NCBI RefSeq assembly: GCF_963853765.1
Contig: NC_088858.1
Coordinates: 5,766,001-5,830,000, forward strand
DNA from: Magallana gigas
Taxonomy: Eukaryota
Length of the DNA stretch: 64,000 nt
Direction of reading: 5' to 3'
The position numbers were made by a program, and so were the translations under genes. Of this stretch, positions 1 to 12,276 are shown in pieces. The notes below the pieces were generated by a model. The model saw only the letters and a program-made list of their open reading frames with translations, was not told the origin of the DNA and did no database searches. Position 1 is the first letter of the stretch, and each line of letters opens with the position of its first letter.

Positions 1-1575
1 TTGACATTCATCTTTTCGACACCCCTCTCTAATTACACCCAACAAAAGACCCGCGCCACCAAATGCCTACAAATATATCATTAGTCGAGATTTTATAATT
101 GAATTAAGTTTATTTTCCACAAAATACACATACAAATTTCACAGCTCAATAGCTGTAAATGGGCGACAGTTTGAAGGAGAATGGAGAAATAAGACGATAT
201 TTAACACCCTGGGTTCCTTTACCGTGATGGCGACATCCTTCAGACCGCGAGTGTCGCCCGCGATGAGCCGCACGGCTCTGCTGGCTCCTCTAACGAGGCG
301 GCCATTGAATTGAGATGTGACAGCAAATTATAACCGAGGTGTCTTGTTTCCTCTTTGCAAAAACGATATTTCTTGGGTGCAATTGTAGCTTAATACCTTC
401 GATACAAGCGCGCCTTTGATTTCGCTTTAACAAGATAAAAACCTTAATTATTTTTGACGAGTCTCCCTTTGAGCAGGAGTAAGAGGAATCTTATGGCTGC
501 CCTAATTGACATTTTCTTTCCTAGTTCATCTTGGATTACATGATGTGCAATGTCAAATTTAAAAAAAATATATATTCAAAATTTAATTGAAATTTGAAAT
601 TTAATTTAAAAAGAGTATATTGATAATTTACTGCCATGATTTGTTATCATAGTAAATTATGTTCATGGAATTTAATTAAAGTTATGCTTATTTTTCACAA
701 AACTTCATTAAAGAGTTAATAGCGGTGTTCGTTTTCGGTTCCTAATCAACTGACTTTTTGTGACGAATTAAGAAAGGGACTTTTCAAAACAATATTTACA
801 TGTACACGTATATAGATTTATTAAGGACAAAAGTGTGTCTTATTCAAAATATAATCTTCGATATGACATTTTTTTAAAATTACTTCTGTATATCAATTTT
901 TGTCATAAAATGCATTTTGAACTTTCTTAAATGCTCAATTTCTTAAAAACGCAAATTGTACTCATGGTTTACATATCAATAGTTGACACCAAGTTTCACT
1001 AGTAAGAAAAAAATAATATAAAGTTAGGAGCAAATTTTATATTACTTGAAAATAAAGAATTAAAAAGAGAAGTGTATTATTCCTAAAAATAATTCTAAAT
1101 CTTAATTTTGAATTGTCTCATTAAAATAACAATTTTCAGAGATTTCATCCCTTTTCCATATAAAAAAAAAACCCTTGGATATCTATAGAATCACAGTATA
1201 TAGATTTTATCTTTTACAAAATTTTTATCTTCTTTGAATTTATTTTCTTCTTTTCAATTTTATGAATTAGCTAGCTAACACTCTTACATACAAATGAAAT
1301 GCTTATAGGCAATTATAAGATAGGCAAAAACTAAATAAAATTATCTAAATCAGTTTCACTCAAAGAACACTTTAAACATTTGAGCATTCATTTTGTATTG
1401 TTCAATAATGCAATCATATTTATTTTCCTTTTTAGAATATTACTACACACGTTTTCTAGTTGTGTTATCATTAAAAGGGTAATGGTATATATGAACTTTT
1501 GTGATCCCGGTGTATGAATTAAGACATTGGATATATTAAGAAAACAAAGCCGATAAGTATGGCGATGGTACTTGC

Positions 1576-1741
1576 CTGGTCCGGCCCCGGGGTCTTGGAC
1601 TCGGTTGTTCTCTGGCAAGACCCTGCCTCTGGGATCCTGACAGACGTAACTATTCGGCATCTCCTCTCGGATTCCCAGCAAAGCGTCAATGCTGTGGAAC
1701 CCGCCCAAATTCGCCTGTCCGGGAAAATGAGTCGACAGCAT
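1576..1741 (-). CDS. Probable first coding exon of a PRD-class (Rx-like) homeobox gene; homeodomain expected outside the window (<1)
   Basis: ORF starts MLSTHFPGQANLGGFHSIDALLGI. HSIDALLG matches the eh1/octapeptide repressor motif of Rx/Pax/aristaless-type proteins. The exon ends at CCAG|GCAAGT (GC donor), after which the ORF becomes AT-rich junk. No homeodomain is seen in the window. Confidence 0.55.
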
Positions 1742-2685
1742 TTTCTTGTCCCTGTGATCCTAGAAACTGAGCAAGGACATGCTACCGCTGTTTATATTTC
1801 CTTTAGATTTCCGTGTCAACTCGGCTTAAGCATTGGTGGATTTCAGAGGGAACATCCGAATGGTGCCAGGGACTCCAATTCGATCATTTTGATTAATTCT
1901 AATAAAACAAAGAAATTGTCCAGGAATCAAATTAGTGGATACACCACTCCGATACTTTGGGGTGTTGCGTGACGCGTAAGTCTACTAAATTGAGTCGAAC
2001 CTTGTTCTTAGGTTTAGAATCTCGTCGCAACAAGGCTTCTTATTGCTTTGAGTTTAGCTAGCAATTTGATCTTGAGAGACAGCAAACATACAATATGAAA
2101 ATAATAACCATCTCACCAATTAGAAAAACGTCAAAAGCCATCACAGCCGGGGCTTTGTACGACATTCTTCCCTCGGCGGCCGGGGCGGGGCCAGATTCCA
2201 CGACGTATGATGAGACCAGTCGCCTCAAAACCGGGTCTTTAAAACTAGGGGAGATGTTACTCTCCGTTCTATTAAACCTAATTTACTAGTTGTCGATTGC
2301 CGTTTATGAAGCCATGTAAATTAACACAGACAAATTTAATCCCGATATCGCTCATTAGCCTGTCCTTCTGTAGTATGTCTGTGACGATGAATGCTATTGA
2401 CAGATGTCGCCTCTGGTTTCACCGATCTCAGTAAAGTCTTCTGAACTTGGACGCTCTCTAATATTAGTCGAGTACTATACGAGAGCACTAGAGTTAACTG
2501 AATTTCATTTTTCAACAGAAAGATGATAGAAGATTAGAGTGTTTTATATCATTATAAAAAGAGTTGAATCTAGCGCCGACATTTGGCTGTCGCTATAATT
2601 ACGGAATGAGAAAGATCTCGGCGTATAACCCATGATTAACTGTCGGACAGACAGACACACTGTCTGTATGTAAAGTTGTGGTTAC

Positions 2686-2686
<1 letters not shown>

Positions 2687-2716
<30 letters not shown>
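2687..2716. repeat. poly-C tract (30 nt)
   Basis: Direct reading. Confidence 0.95.
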
Positions 2717-2717
<1 letters not shown>

Positions 2718-4118
2718 AGTGCTCGTCTGATCTACTCTGAACAGCAGTCACTGTATTCTAATGGATTTGATATACACAATTTCCCGCTCGAGTTTACTTT
2801 TCTACTTTTTGTTTAATTGCAGTTCATTTTCTTTATTGTTTTTATATAAACTATATCAGCATCACAACCGACGTTTATGTTTTGCATCATTTTTTAAGTA
2901 TCTTTTCATTCAGTTGTGAGGTTTTGTGCGTCAATTTAACCCTGGGATTTTAAAACTTAATGCAATCAGTTGATAAGAAAAAAGTCTGCTGTTGTCAAAG
3001 TATCCTTCTTATAAAATGGTGATAATTGTCATAGCAATATTTTGATAATAGAATTTAAGAATTTTTGGACGCAAGTTATCAATCCTCGCTACCTTTATAC
3101 TAACGTGAAATAACAAAGACAGTATTTTATTAACAGAAAGAATTCCAAATCGTTCAGATCGCAATCTGCATAGTCATGGCATTGCTATAATGAAAATTTC
3201 AAGGTGTGTGTAGCAAAAAATACCTAAGTTCATGTACATATCAGCTTAGGATATATTTAGCTCTCCTAAATTTAGGAAACACCATAACATTGCCTAACTT
3301 TAGGACATCACTTATCTAGCCCTAAGACCATCATAATAACGTTTTTTGTAAGATACCGATATCGAGAATGTTGTGAAGCTTTTTGGGTAGAATATAGCAA
3401 TATTTTCTACAGTTTCAGCATTTCCGACAAACCTAAAATTCATAATGGGGCATAGTCATTTACATGTACATGTATTCTATGATGTACGTTCATGTTATCA
3501 AAATTAATTGGGGACAGACCCCGAACTCCCCCTTTCCCGGTGCTTCATGCCTGCCACGGAGCTGACAAATTAAGCAATTTTTTAATTCTTTTTTCGCTAA
3601 TTATATCTCTGATGAATGAAAATTATTTATTTATTTTTAATATCTACAATGTACACTAAGTAAGTTATATATATTCATTGTTCTGATTACCTTTAGATAA
3701 AAATCATTCAAATATCGTTGGCTAAAAAGTAAATTTACATCGGTTTATATAACCAGGCGTGATTTTTTATCACTTCATTCTGAAAAAAATAATCTTTAAA
3801 CAAATTGTAATGTAGAATAAACTGTATTTATGTATTTTCTAGATATATTGTCACGGTGTGAAATTCAATCATTCGGACTATTTTTAATCATTGTGCATAT
3901 CAACTTTTTCGGACTTTGGTTTAATTGCTACAAAAACTTTCCCTCTATTACTGTTTTTTAAATTTGACTGTATGCGATTATTCATTGAAACACGGTACAT
4001 CTGGTTCTAATTCTTTATTGCAGACTATCCTCCATTAATCATACTACCTGGAACGGCTGACAACCTGGAAGTGTATTGAGCGGCTCTTCTCTTAAATGCC
4101 AATTTATTGTTGTTAAAA

Positions 4119-4312
4119 ACTTTGGCCTTGACCGCTACACCTCCCTGGGTCAAGGTCATATATGACATTGACATTGTATATGAGTTGTACTTTGACATTG
4201 AGTCTCGCACCTCCCAGGAACAAGGTCACATTGCTGTAATAATTATATTCAACTTACAGTTGCTGTTTGACACTTTGGCCTTGACCGCTGCACCCACAGG
4301 GTCAAGGTCACA
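4119..4312. repeat. Two degenerate ~153 bp-spaced units, each with a CCTTGACC...GGTCAAGG hairpin
   Basis: ACTTTGGCCTTGACCGCT...GGGTCAAGGTCA occurs at ~4119 and ~4272; probably a remnant of a dispersed repeat. Confidence 0.7.
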
Positions 4313-5498
4313 TTTGTTTACATTGTATACTGATTTGAATTCTGAACAAATATTGTATTTCATTTCTAAATTTAAAAATATACATATATGTATATATTAG
4401 CCGTGCCCATTATCGCCAATAAATAATTTATAAAACTCTTTTGTTATTGCAATCTCTGTGATAATTGCTACAAAAATTTTCGTCTATTTCGACAACTGTT
4501 TAAAAACGTTTTGAATTCCTTGCAGCCTTAATCCCACCGGAGGCACAGAGATGGACAGTTAATCTTTTAATTGACTTCTGTTAATGTATATCAAATGTTA
4601 ATTAAAAGTAAGAATGGTAGTAAAAGGTTAGGATATCCTAACTTATGACGTTTCTAAGTTATCGTCGAGCTACATCTTTTATCTTTTAAAGACGTGTCCT
4701 AAGTTGATCTTCGGATGTTTCTAACTTTTTTCTCCGAGTCATATTTTAGGAATACTCCTAGGTCACATTTTAGGAAAGTTTCGTGAACATGCCTACAGTT
4801 TCGTGATTTTAACGTTATGACTTTCATCCGCCCGCAACCCCGAGATTCTCGTGAGTCAAACGTCTATGCGTATATATAAAAACACACTCCGAGCTATACA
4901 TTGAATTTTCATATGGAAGGTTCTGTTTTAGTTTCAGCATAAAATCATTTTATTTCGAGTACATCTATGATTTGCTCAAGGTAATTTTTAAAACTTGCAC
5001 ATTCCTTTGAAAAGGTTCAATGTTGATTCACACCTTCGTTTAGATATTACAAAGTTTATTACGACTCAAGTTCCTTTCTTTAAAAGTTTTTTTTTAATAG
5101 AAAAAAAAATGTATCAAATGACAAAAAGGCAGAAAATTCCCCAACAATTTTACAAAAAAAAAACTTTTCTTAAAAAGTTATTTCTTTTGAACAAAAAGAA
5201 ATGTTTGTAATGATAAAAGGAAGAAAATGCCCCAACAATTTGATAAAAAAACTAATAAATAAAATTGTTAAAATATCTGCTCTGCAAAATTTTAATTTAT
5301 TCACAAGTTAGATTACAATACATGTTTAACCTCGATTTTGCATGCTCGAGCTAAATTCTAGTTTGTTAAACAAGCTTTATGGTTTTCTTACCATTATAAA
5401 TTCAAGAAATCACAACATATGAAATATTCACGAATGGTCATTTTTTCAGTCTATAAATAAATTTGCACCATAGAAGAAAGGAAAACGACAGCCGTTTT

Positions 5499-6743
5499 TT
5501 AACCAGAGGCTACAGTTGTTGGTTTGTTGGACAGTAAATTGAATCGTTTTTGCAGCACGGGTATTACACGGGTGATTTGTTGTAGAGATTTCTGTGCCTT
5601 TAGATCGAACGTCTTGACGTCAAAGTCCACTTTACCGATCAGCACAATGAAGTTCTGTTCCAGCTTGACCATGTCTTGATGTTGAGCACTCACGTTCATA
5701 CCCAAGTAGCTGACACTGTTAAAATACGTAAGAAAATCTTTCTTCAGTTTTGTGACGTCCTTCTCGTTTTGATTCATGTCCCTGACTTTCTTCGCAAAGT
5801 CGTTCATTGCGGTGGTGTAGTCGCTGGTGGCGTTGCGGAGTTGCTCAGAGAGGTTGTGGTATTCCTTCACCACCTGGTCCAGTTTCGGCTTAATGTTGGC
5901 ATTTACCGTTCGCACATCCGTTTGCAGTTGACTCGAACCGCTCGCAACCTTCATTATCCTCGTACCCACTCCGTTTAAGGATGATGTCAGATTTTGAAGA
6001 TCGGCTTTGGCGTCGTCCACCGGTTTTTTCAACCCATCGATTGTTTTGGTTAGGTCCTGAAGTTTTCGTTGTTCAACCTTTCCTAACGATAGGACTTCGA
6101 CTCTTAGATTGATAGTTTTGTCAGTCATGTTGCTGATCTCGGCGGCCTGAGATGACGGGTTGGGTGCGGCGCGTTTCCCTCTGTGGTGAGACACAATCTT
6201 TGATTCCAATAGGGCAATTTTGTTGAACAAATCGGTAAGCTTTTGCTCTTGCGCTTGTAGTTTTTTCTCCATGCTACTGATCAGAACGGATCGACTTCTC
6301 TCATTGGCTGTCATTTCCATGGAAACGTTGATCAGTTTCCATTCAATCGTGGAGAGTTCTTTAGCCTCTTTCTGGAGCGTTGATTTGACAGCACGCGGAT
6401 GTTGATTTCCGGTAGGAAGCGACATTAGTACCGTTTTGAGACCGTCCATCTGTTTCTTCAAGGTATCGAGGTTACTCATCTGCTGACTGCCCTGGAACTG
6501 TGCAGCAGTAGTTTGAACAGTTTGTACCAAGTCCAAGCTCGCCTTTCCTATCATTTGGATTCCTTCTAGGTTGCCCTCCATCTTCCATATTTTTTCCTCC
6601 AAATCCCTGTCAACTCCGCCTTGGGACTCGCAGGAAGCCCCCGGGGACTTGGGCACGTTATAGTAGTAGCTACAGGAATTGGACCCCCACACTGCACGGG
6701 CCACACCCAAAAGTAGCCAAATATAGAATCCTGCAGCCCGCAT
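5499..6743 (-). CDS. Secreted coiled-coil protein A (414 aa, single exon) with angiopoietin/myocilin-like N-terminal C-x-Y-x-[FY]-x-V...C motif
   Basis: Long ORF; signal peptide MRAAGFYIWLLLGVARAVWG; SCSYYYNVPKSPGASC; heptad-rich body; RGKR site; several N-x-S/T sequons; TATA-like box upstream. Confidence 0.9.
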   Translation of the reverse strand: MRAAGFYIWLLLGVARAVWGSNSCSYYYNVPKSPGASCESQGGVDRDLEEKIWKMEGNLEGIQMIGKASLDLVQTVQTTAAQFQGSQQMSNLDTLKKQMDGLKTVLMSLPTGNQHPRAVKSTLQKEAKELSTIEWKLINVSMEMTANERSRSVLISSMEKKLQAQEQKLTDLFNKIALLESKIVSHHRGKRAAPNPSSQAAEISNMTDKTINLRVEVLSLGKVEQRKLQDLTKTIDGLKKPVDDAKADLQNLTSSLNGVGTRIMKVASGSSQLQTDVRTVNANIKPKLDQVVKEYHNLSEQLRNATSDYTTAMNDFAKKVRDMNQNEKDVTKLKKDFLTYFNSVSYLGMNVSAQHQDMVKLEQNFIVLIGKVDFDVKTFDLKAQKSLQQITRVIPVLQKRFNLLSNKPTTVASG

Positions 6744-6804
6744 GTCAGTAGTTAGTTCTTTAAGGATTAAATCTGCTCTGTCTGTCGCCTGAGACGGTCT
6801 CGTA

Positions 6805-6811
6805 TCTTATA
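6805..6811 (-). promoter_or_regulatory. TATA-like box of coiled-coil gene A
   Basis: TATAAGA on the minus strand ~62 nt upstream of the ATG at 6743. Confidence 0.55.
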
Positions 6812-8191
6812 GTCTAAAACGTCAGCGATATGATGGAGATCGGGAGGCGTAAACCTCGGCTTTAGAGATTACGGTGGTTGGTGATAGCCTGCTATCGGCG
6901 ACGGAAATTTAGTTGTTTTATCACCGCCAATGACGAGAAAACAACTTGGACAAAAATCCCTCAAATCGCTTATTGGTTGCGTAATGGCACCAGTCCTGGC
7001 TGCCGATGGAATTTGACAGAATACACTAATTGAAAGTTTGGCTGCAGCCAACAACTAACTCTCTAATCTTATCTCCGGAGACAAACAGAAAATATTTCAG
7101 ATTATGTGAAACTCTAAAATCAGAATTTCACGAGACCTGCGGTTAGAAATGACCAGATCTAAAAAAAGTGTTTTGTCAAAAGACTTGCTCACGGCGCCGA
7201 CTAAGTACCGTATACAATGGAAACATTATCGCATTGTTGTTGCAAGTTTTGCAACAAACACAGGGCAAGCAGCAAACTCCCATAACACTGAGTTGTTAAA
7301 CGTCCCCCTCTCCGTGACCCCTGCTTCCATTAATAACCACTGTTTTTCCAGCTATTGGTCATTTGCACACCTTGACAAACGTTTACATGGCGGTGACCTC
7401 AGCCAGTCCAGACACTTCCTCGTTTTTCGTAGTTTTGATTTCTAAAAAAAAAAGATGTTGTGTAAAAATTCGTCTCTTTTTGTGCTAATGAACTTCCGCG
7501 TTTTATTCGCTTTCCTTCGAATTTTTTGGTTATTTTGTTGTGTGAAAAATTCAGTTTACCATGTGGATACAAAACGAATATGTTTCAGATGAATTAGATT
7601 TAATTTTTTCCTTGTATACAATTCATGTACTGTTACACATTGTCCACCTCTCAAAAACATTTCAAGAGGGTAATTATGTAACCTTATAAATTTATAAAAT
7701 TTCCTTTACATATCTTCTGTTTAATTAATTTTTTTAATGAAAAAGGATTGCAAATTATATATGTAAAAAAACTATAAAAATCTAAATTATATACCATAAT
7801 TCCCTTGATATTGAAACGGACCTCTACAGGAATGTTACTGAGTCGAGAAAGAGACACCTTTTAATTTCATTCCAAATCTAACGAACGTATAGAAAACACT
7901 TTCTCTCAAATCATTAATCAGAACAGATATAAATGACAACTTGAACAATATAATGAAAAAATTAAAGACAAACTGCTATAGTTTTTGAATTTTATTTTAG
8001 TGAGTACAAGAGTATTTGTACACATCTAAGCAATTTCATTTGACTTTTCTATGAAATTTGTATACATGTATATTTAAAGTATCATATGTCAAATGGACCG
8101 GTACTAGCGTAATATAGACTGTATCAATGGAAGTATTGTAACTACACTGTATTTCTGATATATATCAGGCAAATCATCGAAGTGAGGGCGC

Positions 8192-8235
8192 GGGGGGGGG
8201 GGGGGGGGGGAGGAGGCTAACCGCCCCCCCCCCCC
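8192..8235. repeat. G19 tract followed by C12 tract
   Basis: Direct reading; could fold back on itself. Confidence 0.85.
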
Positions 8236-10547
8236 ACCCACCCACTTTTGTTTCGCAGCAGACATTTTTTTAAAATTTGCATATAAGAAATTGAAATAAC
8301 AACATGTAATTGACTTTGGCGTTGAACATTTTGGAAGTGTGAAATAAATGGAAGTGAAAATAAAGAATTCAACAGTAAAATTAAATTAGCAAGATTTAAT
8401 TCTAACCCCCACCCCACAGATTAAGATTTTCATGATATTTTGAAAATTTCCCATGTTTTTTTCCCTGGTTTTGGGTTTTTTTTGGTTTTGTTTTTTGTTT
8501 TTTTGTGTGTGTTTTGTTAGTTTTTTCTTTTTACTTACTTTAAATTCTACATTGAATCTGTTAAATTAATTTTTCAAAAGTTGAGAAATTGAATTCTGCC
8601 TCTTGTAATAATTCTACAAATTAAAAGTAATTCGCAAAATACGGAATGTAATGAATAGTGCAGTCATTTCATTTGGAAAGATTTAAATGAATTGCTTTTC
8701 TTAAAATGCTACTTTAAATAAAAAATTATCATACATATACAGTTACCGGTATTTTCGCATCTTTCTAAACGTAAGGGATGCAAGAAAGCTTAAAGATGCA
8801 ATTCAAATGGCACAAAATTAAACTGTTAACCATAGGCATTTATACATGTTTATTTGTAACAGAAACAGAAAAAATCGGTCTGAAGTTTTAATCATAAACA
8901 AAAACAAAACCAAAAAAACAAAACAAAACAAAAAAAACCAAGAAAAATCTGAAATCGACAATTGTTTACATGGTGGTAAACTCAGCAAATTTGAGAACTT
9001 TCTCGTTTTTAGCAAATTTCAAAATCAAAACGGCCCTTTTTGTGAAAAAATTATTTTCTTTTTATGCCAGTATACATTGGCGTATTTTCCTTTAATATCG
9101 AATTTGTGGATGATTTGATATTGTAGGAAATTGAATTCACCACGGGAATGTAAAGTATATTAAATGATATTTGTAAATTTAAGATTATATACCATGGAAT
9201 GAATTTCATTGCATACAGCTTATACTATTTCATGAATTATGGGGGTTGTGAATTTGAATACGACATTTTCTAATAATTCTGCTTTTTCGCCTAAATTGAA
9301 TGTGAAGGATTGCGCAAGCATTTGATTTAGAAAAATTAAATTGACTAGAACATCATTGGTACGTTTAAATATTTGATAATTTGTTATATAAAACACAAAC
9401 CAAAATTCAATACATTTCATAACTGACGCAAATTACGTACTGTTGGGCGCGATGATTTAATATTTAACTGTACATTTGTTGAAAATATAGACAAAGTAAT
9501 AAGGATTTTTTATTCCTTAAATTTCATGCACGGGAGCTCAGACCATTTTAACCCCAATCTCCTTAAACCTTTAAATAATTGCGGGTATACGAAGAGCTCG
9601 AGGTAAAACGGACTAAGACCCAGTCAATTCGTGGATATTTCAATGATTCTTTATTTACCATTTAATTAAATTTCCCCGTTTCTATCATAACCTTGTGTAT
9701 TTGCATAATTTCTATCTATCGATTGTTTCTCTCTATTGCATGCAAGTATATCTTTACTTAAAACTAGGTACCTATTGTATCCAATGAAAGAAATGCCATT
9801 GTTCCAATTTCATAATAAATGTATAATAGAGATCTTGAAACATTATTTATCGAAGAACATAATGATAAGTCAGCAAAAATGTATGCGTTCAAGGCTGAAG
9901 CATTAGCCTTTTCAAAGGTACATTCTAAAATTTAAACCAAAGTACCTCGAGACCAAAATTGTGTTCATTCCATGCCATAAAAACACTTCATCCTTCCGTG
10001 ACCTCTTTTAAATAAGATAAAACTAGACCATTAAGAGAAGAGTCTGTGTAAAAGATCAGACTGTAGATGACAACAATTGCTCTTAACACTACTACAAAAT
10101 ACTGTCAAATTATGGATACATAGCAGAAAGATGCTACACCTAGATATTTCGCGGCTGGAAATTGGGGACAAGTTTGGGTTTTGGGAAGGTTCTAAAGTAA
10201 ATTTAATTGGGTTGTGTGTGGAGCCGTATGCTGGAGACTGGCATCGCCATTTATTTTGAAGTTCTGACGCAAAGCTTCCCCGGGAACACCGAGTGCATGC
10301 TTTATGTTTTGGCGACAGAACCAGTCCCACCACAACAGATGGTTTTGTATAAGTTTGACACTAGAAATTGGTCAACATCAGTAATTCTTTCAGAGTCCAG
10401 TAGATTACCAGGATGCCTTTTTCCTGAGAAAACATGAAGCTGTTAGAAGCTTGTTTGCTGTGTTTGCCTTCTGTACTTGTATCCGCCAATCATTCTCCGA
10501 TTGTTTACACCAACAAGATAAGCCGCCTATTCTCCCGCCCCTATACT

Positions 10548-10554
10548 TATAAAG
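10548..10554 (+). promoter_or_regulatory. TATA box of coiled-coil gene B
   Basis: TATAAAG ~67-73 nt upstream of the ATG at 10621; a GATA site (AGATAAG) lies just upstream. Confidence 0.6.
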
Positions 10555-10620
10555 ATCAGTGATACCCTGGCCACTGTAATAAACGTCGCCTACATCAGAA
10601 CAACTAACCTGGACATCACA

Positions 10621-12276
10621 ATGTACGGTAAACTGACTATCCTTTTGGTTGCATTGGCGACATGTTCAGCCCAGTTCATACCCATTAAACCGTTACCGAC
10701 GAAACTGAAGATCCAGACGACGACAACAACACAGAAGCCGAAAGTGACCACTACTAAGGCCCCTCAGCCCAACCCTAACTCCGGGGGTCCATCCAACAGT
10801 GGATCATGTACGTACCAATTTCACGTAGCGGACCCAAATGGACTGTGTGCAGGAACCTCGTCGGCTTTGGATAAAAAGGTGGACCAAGTGAAACAAGATT
10901 TGGACAAAACGAAGTTCCAATACGTGTCACAGAACAGCATGATTCAGAACACTCTGGCGCGTATACAGAGTGACGCCGCGGGTTACATGTCAAAGCTGAC
11001 AGACCTAAACAACGAGATCCAAAAACTAAAACAGATCGCCTCGTCTGCTCCTACAGGAACCGGGAATTCTGCAGCTCTCAATCAGATGTTACATGACACC
11101 AAAGATCTTTTGACGAAGGCCATTAGCGACATCAACAATAAAATCTTCAATATCACCATGCAAATGCAGAAAAGCGCAGTAGAAGAAACAAAGATTCAAA
11201 CAGCATTGAATAAGCAGATTAACGACCAGACAACGAAAATTGCAGCCGCGGAACTGAAGTTAATCACTCTAGAGAATATGTTGAAGAACATGCAGTCTGG
11301 GTCTACCCCTGTCGCCACCATGCCGCCACAACCCTTCACCACAAACTCAATGCCAACCACAACAAATGGCGCCCAAACCACCACTGGCCCTGCACCTACA
11401 GCGCCTACTGCTCTCTTGAACCAGCTCAAAACACAACTTCAGACGCTGGAGTCCGAGGTAAAACAATTAGAACAGACCCACACCAAAGAGATCACTGATC
11501 TCACCCAGAAAGCCGACCAAATTAAGACCGACCTCGCCAACCAGACGACGGAGATCGCTAAAGCTAAGACAACATCACAAGCGGCCTTCGCCCGGCTCAA
11601 GGTTACAGAGCAAGACGTTCAGGACGCCATCAACAACCTCACGCAGTTCCAGAAGAGGGTCAACCCGGAGATGTCCATCCTGCAGGCCGAGATCCTGGAG
11701 ACCAGTAAGAACGTTTCCACGGTGATCTCCAGTCTCCAACAACTCGGCTCCAGCATCATGTCAGACAAGATGAAGATCGTGAAGAACACAATAAACATTA
11801 GGAAGTTGATTCCAGACGCCGTGAAGATCAATAGCGACCTACAGAAACTTAACACCACGGTAAGTGAAAGGGAGCTTTTGTTCAGTTGTCGCAGATTTTT
11901 CGTTTATTTAAATAAAAGTATATGCTATTAAGTTTTTGATAATTTTTCAAACACAGTTATTTCAGCATATTCTTTACGAGAATGTGTCAATCAGTTGAAG
12001 ACATTTGATACCTGAACTGATTAATAATTCCAACGCTTGAAAACTTTTTTTCAGATTACAAATCAAGCCGGTGAGCTGCTACAGCTTGAGCAGGACGTGC
12101 ACGCGCTCAAAGGAAACTTTACCGCCAACGGCCAGTCGGCCAAACAGTACGTGGACGCCATTAAGACAGACATGAACAACAAGATGTCCAGCCTCAACAC
12201 CACCCTCAACTCGGCCACCTCCGACATCATGACCCTCATGGGACAGTCCTCCAGACTCAGCCAGCTCTGCGGATAG
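10621..12276 (+). CDS. Secreted coiled-coil protein B (~486 aa; exons 10621-11859, 12055-12276)
   Basis: Signal peptide; Thr/Pro-rich segment; GSCTYQFHVADPNGLC motif; coiled coils split by a Thr/Pro linker; GTAAGT donor at 11860 and TTTCAG acceptor at 12054 join the two ORFs in frame; ends SQLCG*. Confidence 0.9.

Noticed and set aside
1559-1972. 137-aa plus-strand ORF
   Set aside because: Antisense shadow of the eh1-containing exon and its 5' region; no recognisable motif.
3240-4800. TTAGGA/TCCTAA-rich patches (~3240-3350, ~4620-4795) as a MITE or telomere-like repeat
   Set aside because: Probably decayed transposon fragments; no paired TIRs or TSD could be defined, and they are not TTAGGG arrays.
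5499-12276. Coiled-coil proteins as ClyA/Hbl-type pore-forming toxins
   Set aside because: No hydrophobic tongue or TM-like segment in either mature protein.
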